From: Eukaryota sp. TZLM1-RC
Taxonomy: Eukaryota; Protista; Metamonada: BaSk clade
NCBI GenBank assembly: GCA_040285825.1
Contig: JAUPSS010000002.1
Coordinates: 1-64,000 of the forward strand
Direction: 5' to 3'
Length of the DNA stretch: 64,000 nucleotides
The notes under the pieces are model-generated. The model was not told where the DNA came from. It did no database searches and saw only the letters and a program-made list of their open reading frames with translations. Position numbers and translations under genes: made by a program. Numbering within the stretch: position 1 is the first letter of the stretch; each line of letters opens with the position of its first letter. Below are positions 21,801 through 32,880 of this stretch, in pieces.

Positions 21801-24800
21801 TACGGTTCCTCACAGACGGATCAACAACAGCAACCGGAACAGCAGGACAGGCAACTTTCCTAATCGGGTACATATCAACGCAATCAATCACAATCAATCA
21901 ACAACCGATTTAGGTAACCCAGTCAACAACTTTCCAACAGCTCAACAAAATCTTTTAATTCCTCTACAAATTCACCAAACCAGCACTGATATCAATAATG
22001 TTTTTGATATTAATTCTACGGTTAGTGAAAACCACATCAGGTCCCAGCGTTCTCCATTTCTAAGACTGGAAATATCAATAAATGATATTGAAATGATTGC
22101 GACTATAGATTCGGCTGCGTTTTGTTCAGTTATTACTGCAGATTTAGCTGAACAATGCCATATGTCAATCAATAGCAAGGATACTATTAAGTTCTTTCCA
22201 GCTAATAACGTATCCACAAAATCGCTAGGGAGTGCAACTGGTATTCTGTCGTTCAACGTAGGAAGCATTGCGCAACAAGTTCATTATAGACATACTCTTC
22301 CCATAATCCGGGTTCGAACAAATTATTAATAGGGACAGACATGTTAAAAGCACTTGGGCTTCAGACGGATGATGGTCTTTTTATTAGATTAGACAAAGAA
22401 CACCGCACTTTGCTAAATGCAGAATCAGAATTCGACTCTAGGATCGCTCAACATTCGATTGGGAACTTAGATAACCAATCACCAAGTCCTTCTGATTTTG
22501 AGGAGCAATTAGCAAGATCTGGATGTGAGATAAATTTAGATGATAGTAATAATAAATTGAAATTAACGAGCCTACTAAAATTATTCAGCGATGTTTTTAG
22601 TGAAACTCCTAATAGAAAAGGAATCGATTGTAATCCTCTAACAATCCCCTTTAGAGATGAGAATGCTATAGTACACAAGCCTGCTAGACGGTTAAATCCC
22701 AGCAAAATGGAAATAGCAAACAAAATATTTGATGAACTGATCGAAATGGGCTATGCAGTTGAATCTAATTATAAATTCAGCTCTCCTATTGACTTAGTTA
22801 TATATCCTGACGGCAAGAAACCCAGGTTAACGGGAGACTTTAGTGGTAAAGATGGAGTCAATGCCCACACGATTTCAGTAGAGCCTAATCTACCTAGGAT
22901 TAGTGATATTTCAGAGTTTTTAAGTAGAGCAAATTACATAGCCACGCTTGATTTACCAAAAGCTTTCTGGCAGATGAATGTAGCTGAAAAGGACATTGAG
23001 AAAACATCAATCTCAATCCCTGGAAGGTCAATTATGTTTAAAAGAGCTTGATTCGGATTAAAGAATATCCCAGCAGTTTTTCAAAACGTAATGATGGAAA
23101 TATTCCAAATTGATGGCGTTTTCATATACATTGACGATATCATAATAGTTGGAACGACATTCGAAGAATTTTATAAGAGATTACAAAGAGTCCTCCAATG
23201 CGCCAGAAATAGACGTGTAAATATAGGCTTACGTAAATGTAAATTCGTAACATCAAAACACCCTATCGACATTTTAGGAAGTACCTTCCAGGATAAAACT
23301 AGATTTATAAGTAAGAAAAAAATCGAAGCCTTGATGAGAATCCCTAGACCAAAAACAGTGAAAGAAGTTCGCTCATTGGTAGGATCCATAAATTATATTA
23401 GAGATTGGCTTCCAGGTATTTCTGAATTAATTGCTCCAATTAACGAGCTAATTAAAGGAAAACCCAGAATAATTAAATGGACTTGCAAGCATGACGATTA
23501 CTTAAAACAAATAAAAGACCTAATAGTAAACCACATGCCCCTTGAATTACCAGCTCCGGGCAAGCGAGTATTGATAAGTACTGACGCTTCAGATGTAGCA
23601 GTAGGAGGTGTTATTTGGCAAGAAATTGAACCCTACTCCCCTGCAGGAACCCCGCTAAATAAAAGGAAAGTGAAACCTTTGTCATTCTATAGTAGATTAC
23701 TTACAGAAACACAAAGAAAATGGTCCACCTTACAAAAAGAATTATACGCAATACTTCTGATTTTAACTGAAAGTTGTTTAGAAAGCTACTTGTTAACTAG
23801 ACATTTAACAATTTTCACAGATCATAAAAACATTGCATTCCTGGCTACAGCCCCAGAGAAAAATAGAATTGTAAAGAGATGGCTGCCGATACTATCTGAA
23901 TTCGACTTTGACATAGTCCACGAACCTGGTGAAGACAACCATTGGGCAGATATGTTATCGAGGAATATTGAGTTGGATCAAAACGAGGAAGCTCCTTCTA
24001 TTTGTAGTATAAATATACCAGATACTTTACTTTCAAATTACGAGATACCTCCACTAGACGATGATTCTGATTCGGATCTTGAAGACATCCCATCAATCTC
24101 AACTCTAAGTAGACACCAAGACCTACCTATTTTTTCTTCTTGGTTCACTAAGATAAGATCTGAACAACAAATAGCCAAAAACAACAACGACTCGTTATTT
24201 GAAAATGCAATTCTAGATGAAAATACTCAAATTTGGAAAAATAATAAAAACAAAATTTTGATTCCAAAGAGCCTCAGAAAACAGGCACTTCTATTAATAC
24301 ATGGTTTGGTTCAATCTGGTCACCCTAGCAAAAACGATAGTTTACACAAACTATCCAAAAGCGATTTTTTACTGGCCCAATATGAGAAAAGACCTTATTA
24401 ATCATGTCAAAAGATGCCCAACTTGTCAAAAAACGGCTCCAGTTAAAAGATCAAAAACACCTTCCACAGGATCTTTATGGGCAGATCGTCCTTTTGCCAG
24501 ATTAAACGTCGACACAATTGGACCTCTGAATTCTGACAACGAAGGAAATAAATATCTATTAGTATTTGTAGACTCTTTTACTGGATATACCATCTTAGTC
24601 CCTCTAAAAGAACTCAATGCCTTAGAAACCGCAGATGCCTTAATTTGGAATGTTTGCGCTATCTTCGGCATACCTATGTTAATTCATAGTGATAATGGAC
24701 CTGAGTTCGCCAATGAGACTTTCAAAATAGTGTGTAACAGATTAGCGATTGAGATGAGTAACTCAATTCCCCACTATTCAGAAAGTAATGGACTTGTAGA

Positions 24801-25632
24801 ACGTAAACATAGAGACGTTCTTCAATGCTTAAGGAAACTATTAATAGATTTCAATGATTACGGAAATTGGTCTACATACGTACCAATATCCCAACTATTA
24901 ATAAATTCTACTAAAAGCAGAATAACTGGTTTTACCCCATACGAACTCATGTTCGGTTCTTCGATCAGCCCAAGAACAGACCCTGCTAATATATTAGGAA
25001 ATTTATCCAAATTTGAAACTAATATCCCCTTATTAGATGACATCAAAATGAAAAACACTCGTCTACAAGAAAAAAGGGAAGAAGCAGAGCGTCACCAAAC
25101 ATTAAATACTCCGTCTTCAGTAGATAATACTAATTCGTGTTTCATAGCATTTAATATCGGTGACTACGTCTTACGTAAAACCAAGCAAAATAATAAATTG
25201 CATGGATCTTGGAATGGACCAATTTTAGTTATTGACCTTCCTTCCAAATCCACTTTATTATTGAAGAATCTTACTACTGGCACAGAATTAAAAGCTGCCA
25301 AGAAAGACTGCAAAATCTATAACGCAGAAAATCCACAGGACATTGAGTTCCTCAAGGCAGTCGCTGCAGGCGATTCCGAAAAACACGTTATAGAGAAAAT
25401 CCTCTCAGAATACCACTCTGATTCAGGTAGTTTCTGTACTATTCAGTGGTTTGGCGGTGAGACAACAGAAGAGCCACTCCATTCGATTAAACACTCAGAA
25501 GCTTATAAGTTATTTAGTAAGGATAACAAGAAAATTGGAAAACGTACCATTAGTCGACGACAAGGTACCTCCAATGAGTCTACGCCTTCTGAGAAGCCTA
25601 GACGCAGTAATAGAATTAGGAAGAGGAGCTAA
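18823..25632 (+). pseudogene. gag-pol polyprotein with three lesions (frameshift about 22308, TGA at 23049, frameshift about 24368)
   Basis: Zn knuckle CTFC...H...C, protease IDSAA, RT LDLPKAFWQ and YIDD, RNase H TDAS...KELYAI...TDHKN, integrase HHCC and D,D,E (VDTIGP, SDNGPEF, VERKH), chromo-like HVIEKIL...QWFGGETTEEP. Copy 2 has open codons at all three lesion sites. Confidence 0.92.
18915..19205 (+). repeat. Coding repeat E(V/A)TRTDPAPSPL in the gag N-terminus
   Basis: Four clear copies plus one degenerate copy of GAGGYAACGAGAACGGACCCGGCTCCCTCTCCCCTC. Two clear copies in element copy 2 (about 33510-33605). Confidence 0.9.
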
Positions 25633-25762
25633 TTTTTAGTTTATATCGATTATTTATATTATATCGATTATATGTATTTATTTATAGTTATTTCGTTATT
25701 TGTATATAGTTTTTATTTCATATTCATATGGGCTGATTTATTTTGAAAAAGGGAAGAAGCAG

Positions 25763-25841
25763 TGTTGGCGCCCTAAGGCTTATATAATATGAATAGAAAA
25801 TAAATCAGACTTTTCTTTACCACAATAGACTTTAGGCAACA
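25763..25841 (+). repeat. 3' LTR (79 bp)
   Basis: 78/79 identical to the 5' LTR; preceded by a polypurine tract. Confidence 0.95.
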
Positions 25842-25879
25842 ATAGCACATAACATGGATTTGATCTCATTATCCTCTTA

Positions 25880-26240
25880 GCTCATAATCTTCTTTCAAAT
25901 GCTGAAAATTTCACAATCAAAAAACTAGTGAACCTTTATCCAACTTGTCTACATAACAGCATGCAATAGAAGATTTTTCCATGTATCTATTTGTATCATC
26001 ACTATTTGGTTCACTTGCTCCCACCTCCCTACGTTTTCTAGCAGATTTTGAACTGATTGTTGAACGAAAGACCAATAGAGATTTTAACGGATAATTATAG
26101 CAGAATAGAATTGTTTATTCTATTTTTAAGGAATTGTGGAAGATGGATTCTGATGCACTGAATTCTCTTAGATCTCACTATGAGGGAGCTACTTCTAGTT
26201 ATTATTATTTAGAAGCGATGTATTGTTTAAATGTTGATTT
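25880..26240 (+). mobile_element. CRE-like 3' fragment (family A)
   Basis: Similar to the reverse complement of 4213-4570 (HNPLSNAENF...FGSLAPT...QNRIV). Confidence 0.75.
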
Positions 26241-26337
26241 AAAAGTATATAAACAAAATACATATGGTTATCTGTATATGTTTAAAAGGTTTAAAAGATC
26301 ATGATGTTGAAATAACTTATTTTAAGTTCTATCTCAA

Positions 26338-28206
26338 ATGCGTCTTAACAATGTAAAGTCAAAGATCGATACGGGTGCTGCTCGTCCTACACGCACTACA
26401 CGTAGTACACGTTCCACAACCCGTGCTTCAACTGTCCCTCAACCTGAAGCTCGTAAACGTCGTCAATCTGAAACGACCACAACAAAACGAGCTCGTGTAC
26501 AGGAAACTTCCCAAGAGGAGTCCTTTTCAACTCCAGTTACCGATCCCTCTGATGACCCCTACTCTCTCCCACCAAAGCCCAAGAAGTCTGGTATTCCACA
26601 GTGGGATCACAAAGGACAATTGGAGCTTCTCAAACCATATACTGCTGCATTAACCAAGAAGTTCCTTTTTCTGGTCGATGAGAGAAAGAAAGTACTCTCA
26701 GATCTCAACTCAATTAATGAGGAAAAGTCTAATGTGTTTTCCGATCTGGAACAAGTCAAACAACGACTTACTGATGCCGCAAATCTTGAAAATTCTCTCA
26801 ACTCCACCATTTCAGATCTCCAATCAAATGTTTCAGATCTGGAGAGCCGACTTGAACACGCAAATGCAAAGATCTCAACCTTGGAGGGTGAAGTTCTTGG
26901 ACTGAATAGTTCCATTGATAGTTTAAAGCAAGAATTGACATGTTCTAATGATAAAGTAAGTCAATTGGAAAATGACCTACAGCTTGAACAGTGCTCAAGC
27001 TCAAACAAGCAAAAGGCCCTAGATAGCCTCGACCAGGAACTTTTACTTGCGAAAACCAAAATAACCGAATTGGAAGCTAAATTAAGAGAATCAGATATTA
27101 CCAGAAAACAGTTACACAACGACATTATGGAATTAAAGGGCAATATAAGAGTTTTTGTCAGAGTCCGTCCCTTACTTGATAATGAACACAACGAGGATGA
27201 AGATGTTTTCCAATATCCAGATGTCGATCATAAATGTCTTTTGGTTACTGGTGAAGGAAGAACATCTGTGACTGGAGAACGATCTGACAGAAAGGTACAC
27301 AAGCTAGATTTTGATAGAGTATTTAGTGAATCTGAAGGACAAAAAGAAGTCTTTGATGAAGTTTCCCAACTTGTTCAAAGCGCTCTTGATGGTTTTGGTG
27401 TTGTCATCTTTGCTTATGGACAAACTGGATCAGGAAAGACTTACACTATGGAAGGAACCCCTACAAATCCTGGTATTATCCCCAGGTCTGTTGATCTGTT
27501 GTTTGATACAGTGTATGAACGACGAAATATTGGTTTTAGTTGTTCAATGAAGCTATCCACCATTGAAGTCTATAATGATAGTTTATTTGATTTGTTGTGT
27601 AATTCTTCGGTTGATGGAAAACCTTTGGAAATGAAGTTAGTTGACGGAAAAATGATTGTTTCTGGTCTTTCTAAGGAAGAAGTCTCAAGTCGTCAACAGG
27701 TTTTTGATCTTTTTGCAATTGCCCAGAATAATAGACGAACTGCTGCCACCAAGTGTAATGACAGATCCTCACGCTCTCATCTTGTTTTTTGCCTTGAAAT
27801 TGAATCATATGACCCCCAATCTGGTAATAAATATCATGGAGTACTAAACCTTATTGATCTTGCCGGTTCTGAGCGTATTGTGCTCAGTGGTTCTATTGAT
27901 GATCCCGAACGTAGAAAAGAAGCTATCAGTATCAACAAAACTTTGCACGCTTTGGGTAATTGTATTAGTGCAATGTCAAAGAAAAGTGGCCACATTCCAT
28001 TCAGAGATTCCAAACTTACTTGGCTACTTCAGCAAAGTTTAGGTGGAAGCAGCAAGGTTTTAATGTTTGCTAATGTTCCTTGCTTTTCTGGAAATATTGG
28101 AGAATCTTTGAATACTTTAAGATTTGCAAAGAAAGTCAATGAAGTAAATGTTTCTAGTAGTAGGCAAGGGTCCAAAGCTGAAAAGAGCAAGGAGTTTAAT
28201 TTGTAA
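26338..28206 (+). CDS. Kinesin-14 (C-terminal motor, KIFC1/Kar3/Ncd-like)
   Basis: Basic tail, coiled coil, neck RKQLHNDIMELKGNIRVFVRVRP, P-loop GQTGSGKT, NDRSSRSH, DLAGSER. Confidence 0.95.
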   Translation: MRLNNVKSKIDTGAARPTRTTRSTRSTTRASTVPQPEARKRRQSETTTTKRARVQETSQEESFSTPVTDPSDDPYSLPPKPKKSGIPQWDHKGQLELLKPYTAALTKKFLFLVDERKKVLSDLNSINEEKSNVFSDLEQVKQRLTDAANLENSLNSTISDLQSNVSDLESRLEHANAKISTLEGEVLGLNSSIDSLKQELTCSNDKVSQLENDLQLEQCSSSNKQKALDSLDQELLLAKTKITELEAKLRESDITRKQLHNDIMELKGNIRVFVRVRPLLDNEHNEDEDVFQYPDVDHKCLLVTGEGRTSVTGERSDRKVHKLDFDRVFSESEGQKEVFDEVSQLVQSALDGFGVVIFAYGQTGSGKTYTMEGTPTNPGIIPRSVDLLFDTVYERRNIGFSCSMKLSTIEVYNDSLFDLLCNSSVDGKPLEMKLVDGKMIVSGLSKEEVSSRQQVFDLFAIAQNNRRTAATKCNDRSSRSHLVFCLEIESYDPQSGNKYHGVLNLIDLAGSERIVLSGSIDDPERRKEAISINKTLHALGNCISAMSKKSGHIPFRDSKLTWLLQQSLGGSSKVLMFANVPCFSGNIGESLNTLRFAKKVNEVNVSSSRQGSKAEKSKEFNL

Positions 28207-28819
28207 TTTAACCATTAATAAAATTTGTTTTTGTATTGGTTTTCTATACAGTGGTTTGGAACAAATTACTAAAGTCAATGTTTTGTTTCTATTCAACACT
28301 AATATTGAAACTTTCCTTTTTACGGTAACTGTCTTTGCAAATAACTTGATCCTACAATATTAATATGTGAGTGAATAAACTTATATAAGTTTGGTGTACC
28401 GTAATAAACCTCAATCCTAAACTCCAATGTTCTTAGATCAATAATATAATATGGTTGTTAGTTTTATTTGATAATCCATCATAACACAAAATAAACAAAT
28501 GAAAACTATTATTTAACAGAAAAACTAACAAAGTTACTGATGAATGAATGATCTTCCTTGATACATTATTATTACATTAACACTGTCAGTTGTATCACAA
28601 AGTCTTATCACAATGTTGAAAAGTTTTTGAAATCTGAATGTATAAGCCTTACTCTGCACTAAGTGATTTGGACTGTTCTTCCAAACTCTTGATGCAGTTA
28701 CACCTTTATATAGCTACGAATATACGTGGCTTCGGTTTGAGTTCTCAAGTTTAGTTTATTCAGTATTTACTGATAAAAATGAAATCTAATTTTACTATTT
28801 TTATTTCAAAAGACAGACA

Positions 28820-28932
28820 GCAAATCAAGATTTTGTAGAGGAAATCTTGGTTTAATGATAGTCGTCCCATTAGTTATGATTTAATTTAATCAAGCGTGCA
28901 AATTCAATAAATATTGTGTATTTTGTTGCAAT
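28820..28932 (+). mobile_element. 113-bp extreme 3' end of CRE-like family B
   Basis: Near-identical to about 62195-62286. 11-bp TSD AAAGACAGACA at 28809-28819 and 28933-28943. Confidence 0.85.
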
Positions 28933-29122
28933 AAAGACAGACAATCAGGCAGGAATAAATTAAAAATTAACCTAGTTATCATTTTATTTATTTCTTCCCA
29001 TAGCTGTTAGTATTGATCACTAGTAACGTTGAGTAATTGAGTTGCTTTGAAATGTTGAAGAGACTGAATTGTATTCCCCAGCATGTTAAATTTAATTGAA
29101 AATCAAGATCAAATAACTCAGA

Positions 29123-30304
29123 TTAAATTTTATATAACTTTTTTAAATCAAAAAAGCCCTCACAACCATGTATTTTTTCAAACAAGTCTTTCAATATTTG
29201 CTTATTCTTTAAGAACAGATTAACAAATGAGAATCTGGGAACCTTTGACAAATTCCATAAAAATGACACCACAAAGGGAACATCATCAAAAAGAGTCAAA
29301 TTATTAATTATTTTTTCATAAAGGTCAGCTCCAAGTCCAGTTCTTAATATAGTTGGGAGATCTGTTACATTAATAGACTGCAAATAAGGAATAATCAAAT
29401 CCACTCTTCCATTCAATTCACGAAGACCAAACTCTAAATCAGAAGCAGTTTTGGGTGATGGCAACTGCGCTTTTGGTATAATTAAGTCATTCTTTTGCTT
29501 ATCAATAATTTCCTTTGAATCTGAAATACTGGTGCTGTTGACCGGAGTTGGGAATTTTTCTTCCTTCTCTACTTGTCCTTCTTGTTGCTCTTTTTCTTTA
29601 TTTGATTGATTTTTTAACTCAGCACTTACCGTACATTCATCAATTTCTTCAACAGAACCAATGCTGTTTACCTCTTGTTTCACCTCTCTCGACTTTTTTG
29701 ACTCAATCAATCTAATCACATCACCTCTTTCCTTATTAATTTCACGATGAACTTTTGGTGTAGAATGCTTCAAACCAAGGTCGAAATCACACAATGCCTC
29801 TTCCAATTTCCCCAGTCTTTTTAGAGCAAGTCCTCTTCTTATATAGGCCTTGTAGAATGAACTATCACAACTGATTGCACTGGAAGCATCCGCAACAGTT
29901 TGTTCAAAGTTACCAAGTTTCAAATGGCAAAAGGCTCTATTAGAGTATATTGGGGCTGAAGGAGACAGTTCTAGAGCTTCAGTGTAGCAGGTAATGGCAG
30001 AGAACAGGTCATTTGATACAAAGTGTTTGTTACCACGATGTTTCAACTCTTCTGCCTGTTCTTCAGGTGGCTTGTTTACGACAGTCTCAGGGGAAGAGCT
30101 CCTGGACTCTTCTTGGACAAGAGAGGATTCAAAAGCTTTTGTACCTCTAATTGGAGGGACATTTGAAGGTTTGTGTGCTTTGGTAGCCAACTTTTTGTCT
30201 TGAACTTGCATGTCCTTTTCCCAATCTCGTAGTTCAAGCATTTCTTGTTGCAAAAGCTCAACACTTTCACGAATTTGGCGTTGAAGACTAAACGCAGAGG
30301 ACAT
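29123..30304 (-). CDS. RPAP3: RPAP3/Spaghetti-like TPR co-chaperone (R2TP), 393 aa
   Basis: N-terminus MSSAFSLQRQIRES...LRDWEKDMQVQD, a TPR clamp (LKHRGN...YSNRA...KAYIRRG) and an RPAP3_C-like end (PKTASDLE...LSKVPRFSFV). First ATG is 30304. Confidence 0.85.
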   Translation of the reverse strand: MSSAFSLQRQIRESVELLQQEMLELRDWEKDMQVQDKKLATKAHKPSNVPPIRGTKAFESSLVQEESRSSSPETVVNKPPEEQAEELKHRGNKHFVSNDLFSAITCYTEALELSPSAPIYSNRAFCHLKLGNFEQTVADASSAISCDSSFYKAYIRRGLALKRLGKLEEALCDFDLGLKHSTPKVHREINKERGDVIRLIESKKSREVKQEVNSIGSVEEIDECTVSAELKNQSNKEKEQQEGQVEKEEKFPTPVNSTSISDSKEIIDKQKNDLIIPKAQLPSPKTASDLEFGLRELNGRVDLIIPYLQSINVTDLPTILRTGLGADLYEKIINNLTLFDDVPFVVSFLWNLSKVPRFSFVNLFLKNKQILKDLFEKIHGCEGFFDLKKLYKI

Positions 30305-30363
30305 TTTGGAATTAAAAATCCTCCAACCCAATTCAAAACCCTTTGACACAACACCATCTTTCA

Positions 30364-32109
30364 ATGACCAGCTCGTTCTGGCTGAATGCTTGGTCAGACC
30401 CGGTAGCAAATCTTAAGGCTTTTACTCCTCAAATTACTCTTTCCGATGTTAGTTCACTTGATGAAGGATTATTGATCGTTGCTGATTGTAGCGAGCACCT
30501 CAGAGCTTACAAAGGTACATCTTTACTTGGTTCAACTCAATTACCCGGACCTCCAGTTTCTGTTGTATCTTTTCGTATGTTTCAATCATCATCCCCCTGT
30601 GTAGCTGTGGCCATTGGACCTGCAGTGTATGTATATAAAGTCATTCCGGGGCCCAACCCTTTTCGTCCTTATGCTTGCTGGAAGCTACCTGTCATACAAA
30701 CAGATTCTAGAGAGGTTAGTGTCTGGGAAGCCATTTACAGAGGTGAAATTTCCATCGAAAAAGCAGTTGAAAGCCTTGCAGAACTTCGTTCTCTTGGAGC
30801 TGACCTGTGTACCCAGTCAATAGTCTTGCTTTCTCTTGAAGGGGTCCCCGCTAGAACTGAGTATGTTAAGCAGCTGGGAAGTAGTAATAGAGAAGGAGGA
30901 TCAGTTTTAGGTCCAAGAAGATCAATTGTTTCTTCCCTAAGCAAAGTAGCAAAGTCTGATACCCCGGACTGTGAAGAACTATTGGTTGTTGGTACCGAAT
31001 CCGAGCACTTGTATGTGTTAAATAGGACTGTTACGGAAGTAATTGAATCATTCTCTATAGGTGAAGTTGCTTTTAGTATCGCTTCTTTTGGAAGTTTTGA
31101 TTCCGAATACAGACTAGCGGTTGCTACCAGAGGCAACAAGTTATTGTTTGTCAAAAATTCAAAACTTCTGTCACATTCCAAATCATTTGAAGGTACTTTA
31201 GGTAACGTTTGTGTATCAAATAAGATTGTTTACATCACGTCATCTACAACCACAAGCTCAAAATTATTTGGGTTTTCATTAAAAGCTAAGAGACTGTTTT
31301 CAAGACCATTATCTTCTTCAGTAAACTCCATTTTTCCTTTATATCTCCCCACTGCCAAGTCTGGTCCTTTTGTAGGGGTATTGGTGTCATGTTCAGATGG
31401 TTATTTAAGGGTGTATTCTGATACTGGGGTTTTAGTCAATGAAAGTCAACATGATGGGGTCATAAATGGCATGGTTTTTGGTACTTACTCCAAGGAATCT
31501 AATTCACTTATTCTTACAATGAAAAGTGGTGCTATAAAGGTCTTAATTTTATCCCGAATGGCCAAATTAAATGTTGTAAATTCATCTATATCCCATGTTA
31601 ATGAGCAGGAAGAGCCATTACCTTTACCTCAAAAAACTAGTACTTTTTTCGAACTCTCAGAAAGGGAAAAGGATTCAAAGGTTGCAATGTCTATGTTTAG
31701 ATCTTTTCAGATTGATCTATTAAAACTTCGATACACTTCTGTAGCCAAATATTCTAATCTTTTGACTAATTCGGGTTCTTTTGGGTCTCAGAATTTACGA
31801 TTAACTTGTTCTATTTCCGGTTTGGGTCCAAGATTTTCTATTAATGGCCATGTTGAAAATACGGGTAATAGTAAATCATCTAAACTTGCCATCTCTTTAA
31901 GGTTGCCACCTGGTCTGTCTTGCCCCAAACCGCTATCTAATCTCTCTTCATTAGCTGGAGGATGTAGGTGGCCTTTTGGTTTTAGGTTAATACATGAACA
32001 AACGGGAAATATAATGTCAAGTTATAATGATGTAAGAGTTGAATTAATTGGAGAAAATGGAGTGGTGTCAGCTACAGTGCTTGGGATACCTGTTTTAGAT
32101 GTAAATTAA
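30364..32109 (+). CDS. BBS1: BBSome subunit BBS1, 581 aa
   Basis: WLNAWSDPVANLKAF, VAVAIGPAVYVYK...RPY, LVVGTE, FGTYSKE, PLPQKT...EREK, SGLGPRF. Confidence 0.92.
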   Translation: MTSSFWLNAWSDPVANLKAFTPQITLSDVSSLDEGLLIVADCSEHLRAYKGTSLLGSTQLPGPPVSVVSFRMFQSSSPCVAVAIGPAVYVYKVIPGPNPFRPYACWKLPVIQTDSREVSVWEAIYRGEISIEKAVESLAELRSLGADLCTQSIVLLSLEGVPARTEYVKQLGSSNREGGSVLGPRRSIVSSLSKVAKSDTPDCEELLVVGTESEHLYVLNRTVTEVIESFSIGEVAFSIASFGSFDSEYRLAVATRGNKLLFVKNSKLLSHSKSFEGTLGNVCVSNKIVYITSSTTTSSKLFGFSLKAKRLFSRPLSSSVNSIFPLYLPTAKSGPFVGVLVSCSDGYLRVYSDTGVLVNESQHDGVINGMVFGTYSKESNSLILTMKSGAIKVLILSRMAKLNVVNSSISHVNEQEEPLPLPQKTSTFFELSEREKDSKVAMSMFRSFQIDLLKLRYTSVAKYSNLLTNSGSFGSQNLRLTCSISGLGPRFSINGHVENTGNSKSSKLAISLRLPPGLSCPKPLSNLSSLAGGCRWPFGFRLIHEQTGNIMSSYNDVRVELIGENGVVSATVLGIPVLDVN

Positions 32110-32122
32110 ATAAAATCAAATA

Positions 32123-32707
32123 TTATTTTTTAATTAGAAATTTTTTAATTTGTGTTTGCAAATGAAATGATAATTGTTTTGCTGCATCAACAATCTCAAC
32201 AAGCTTTCCATCAAAGAAATTGCCCTTAATGTCCAGAAATACAAGCTTGTCATCATCAGTGGGTGCAATGTTGACAATACAGTTACTATGATGCTCAACA
32301 GAGGTATTTGGGTCAGCATGGAACGACGATTCTGTAACAGCAAATGAGACACAAGGAGTGACCCTCAAAAGGGAAATTCCAGCTAGGAGCAATGAACAGA
32401 GACCTCCATTGATCAGAGTTGAGAGAAGAGAACCGTCATTGTGGGTAATGTGAAAAGACATGTCAACTGTACAACGAGGATATCTATACACTGCAACACA
32501 TTGAGTGAAGAATGATGTGAGAAGTGATTCCAGTTCTGGATAGGTCTTATCCGCGGAAAAGACTGAAGTGGTTACGTAACAACGATCTAAAAGTTGAGTA
32601 GATGAGGTGGTATCAGATGGACCATTAACAGAACAGATGGCTTCTGTGTTGTTGACTTTGATTCTACACGATCCAGAACTTCGAGACCTAAGATGTTCGA
32701 GCTTCAT
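32123..32707 (-). CDS. RRP46: Exosome RNase PH-ring subunit, most like Rrp46/EXOSC5
   Basis: GSCRI...TEAICSVNGP, YPRCTV, NDGSLLSTLING...LAGISL; 194 aa. Confidence 0.75.
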   Translation of the reverse strand: MKLEHLRSRSSGSCRIKVNNTEAICSVNGPSDTTSSTQLLDRCYVTTSVFSADKTYPELESLLTSFFTQCVAVYRYPRCTVDMSFHITHNDGSLLSTLINGGLCSLLLAGISLLRVTPCVSFAVTESSFHADPNTSVEHHSNCIVNIAPTDDDKLVFLDIKGNFFDGKLVEIVDAAKQLSFHLQTQIKKFLIKK

Positions 32708-32880
32708 TCTTACAGATATTTTCTATAACAATGAAATAAGTGTCCCTTTTGCACCAATGTTGGGGGTCTGAGTTTTAGAGAAGTTGAGGATTGTTTTTTG
32801 ATTACATTATTATCAAGAGTTCCTTGATACGAATATGTCTTTTTCCTAGGCATAAATTATGGCCATTTTTACTCAATATT
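32708..32880 (-). promoter_or_regulatory. Shared ATG-abutting upstream module (type A, Fanzor right-end relic)
   Basis: GGACACTTATTTCATTGTTATA is 21/22 identical to the sequence upstream of the ATG at 896, and both end TGTAAGA-ATG. Similarity extends about 80 nt. Confidence 0.75.

Larger units (their letters stand above)
18667..25841 (+). mobile_element. Full-length Ty3/Gypsy chromodomain LTR retrotransposon, family 1 copy 1 (recent insertion)
   Basis: 79-bp LTRs TGTTG...CAACA at 18667-18745 and 25763-25841 (one mismatch). 4-bp TSD ATAG. Polypurine tract at 25746-25762. Order gag-PR-RT-RH-IN-chromodomain. Confidence 0.97.

Noticed and set aside
22300-22340. Programmed frameshift between gag-PR and pol
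   Set aside because: Copy 2 has one extra C here and reads through (IIPGSNKFLIG), so this is a mutation or assembly error.
30305-30409. N-terminal extensions in the ORF track (RPAP3 30409, BBS1 30343, also 13157, 50235, 50541)
   Set aside because: They start at TTG/GTG codons, and homology begins at the first ATG in each case.
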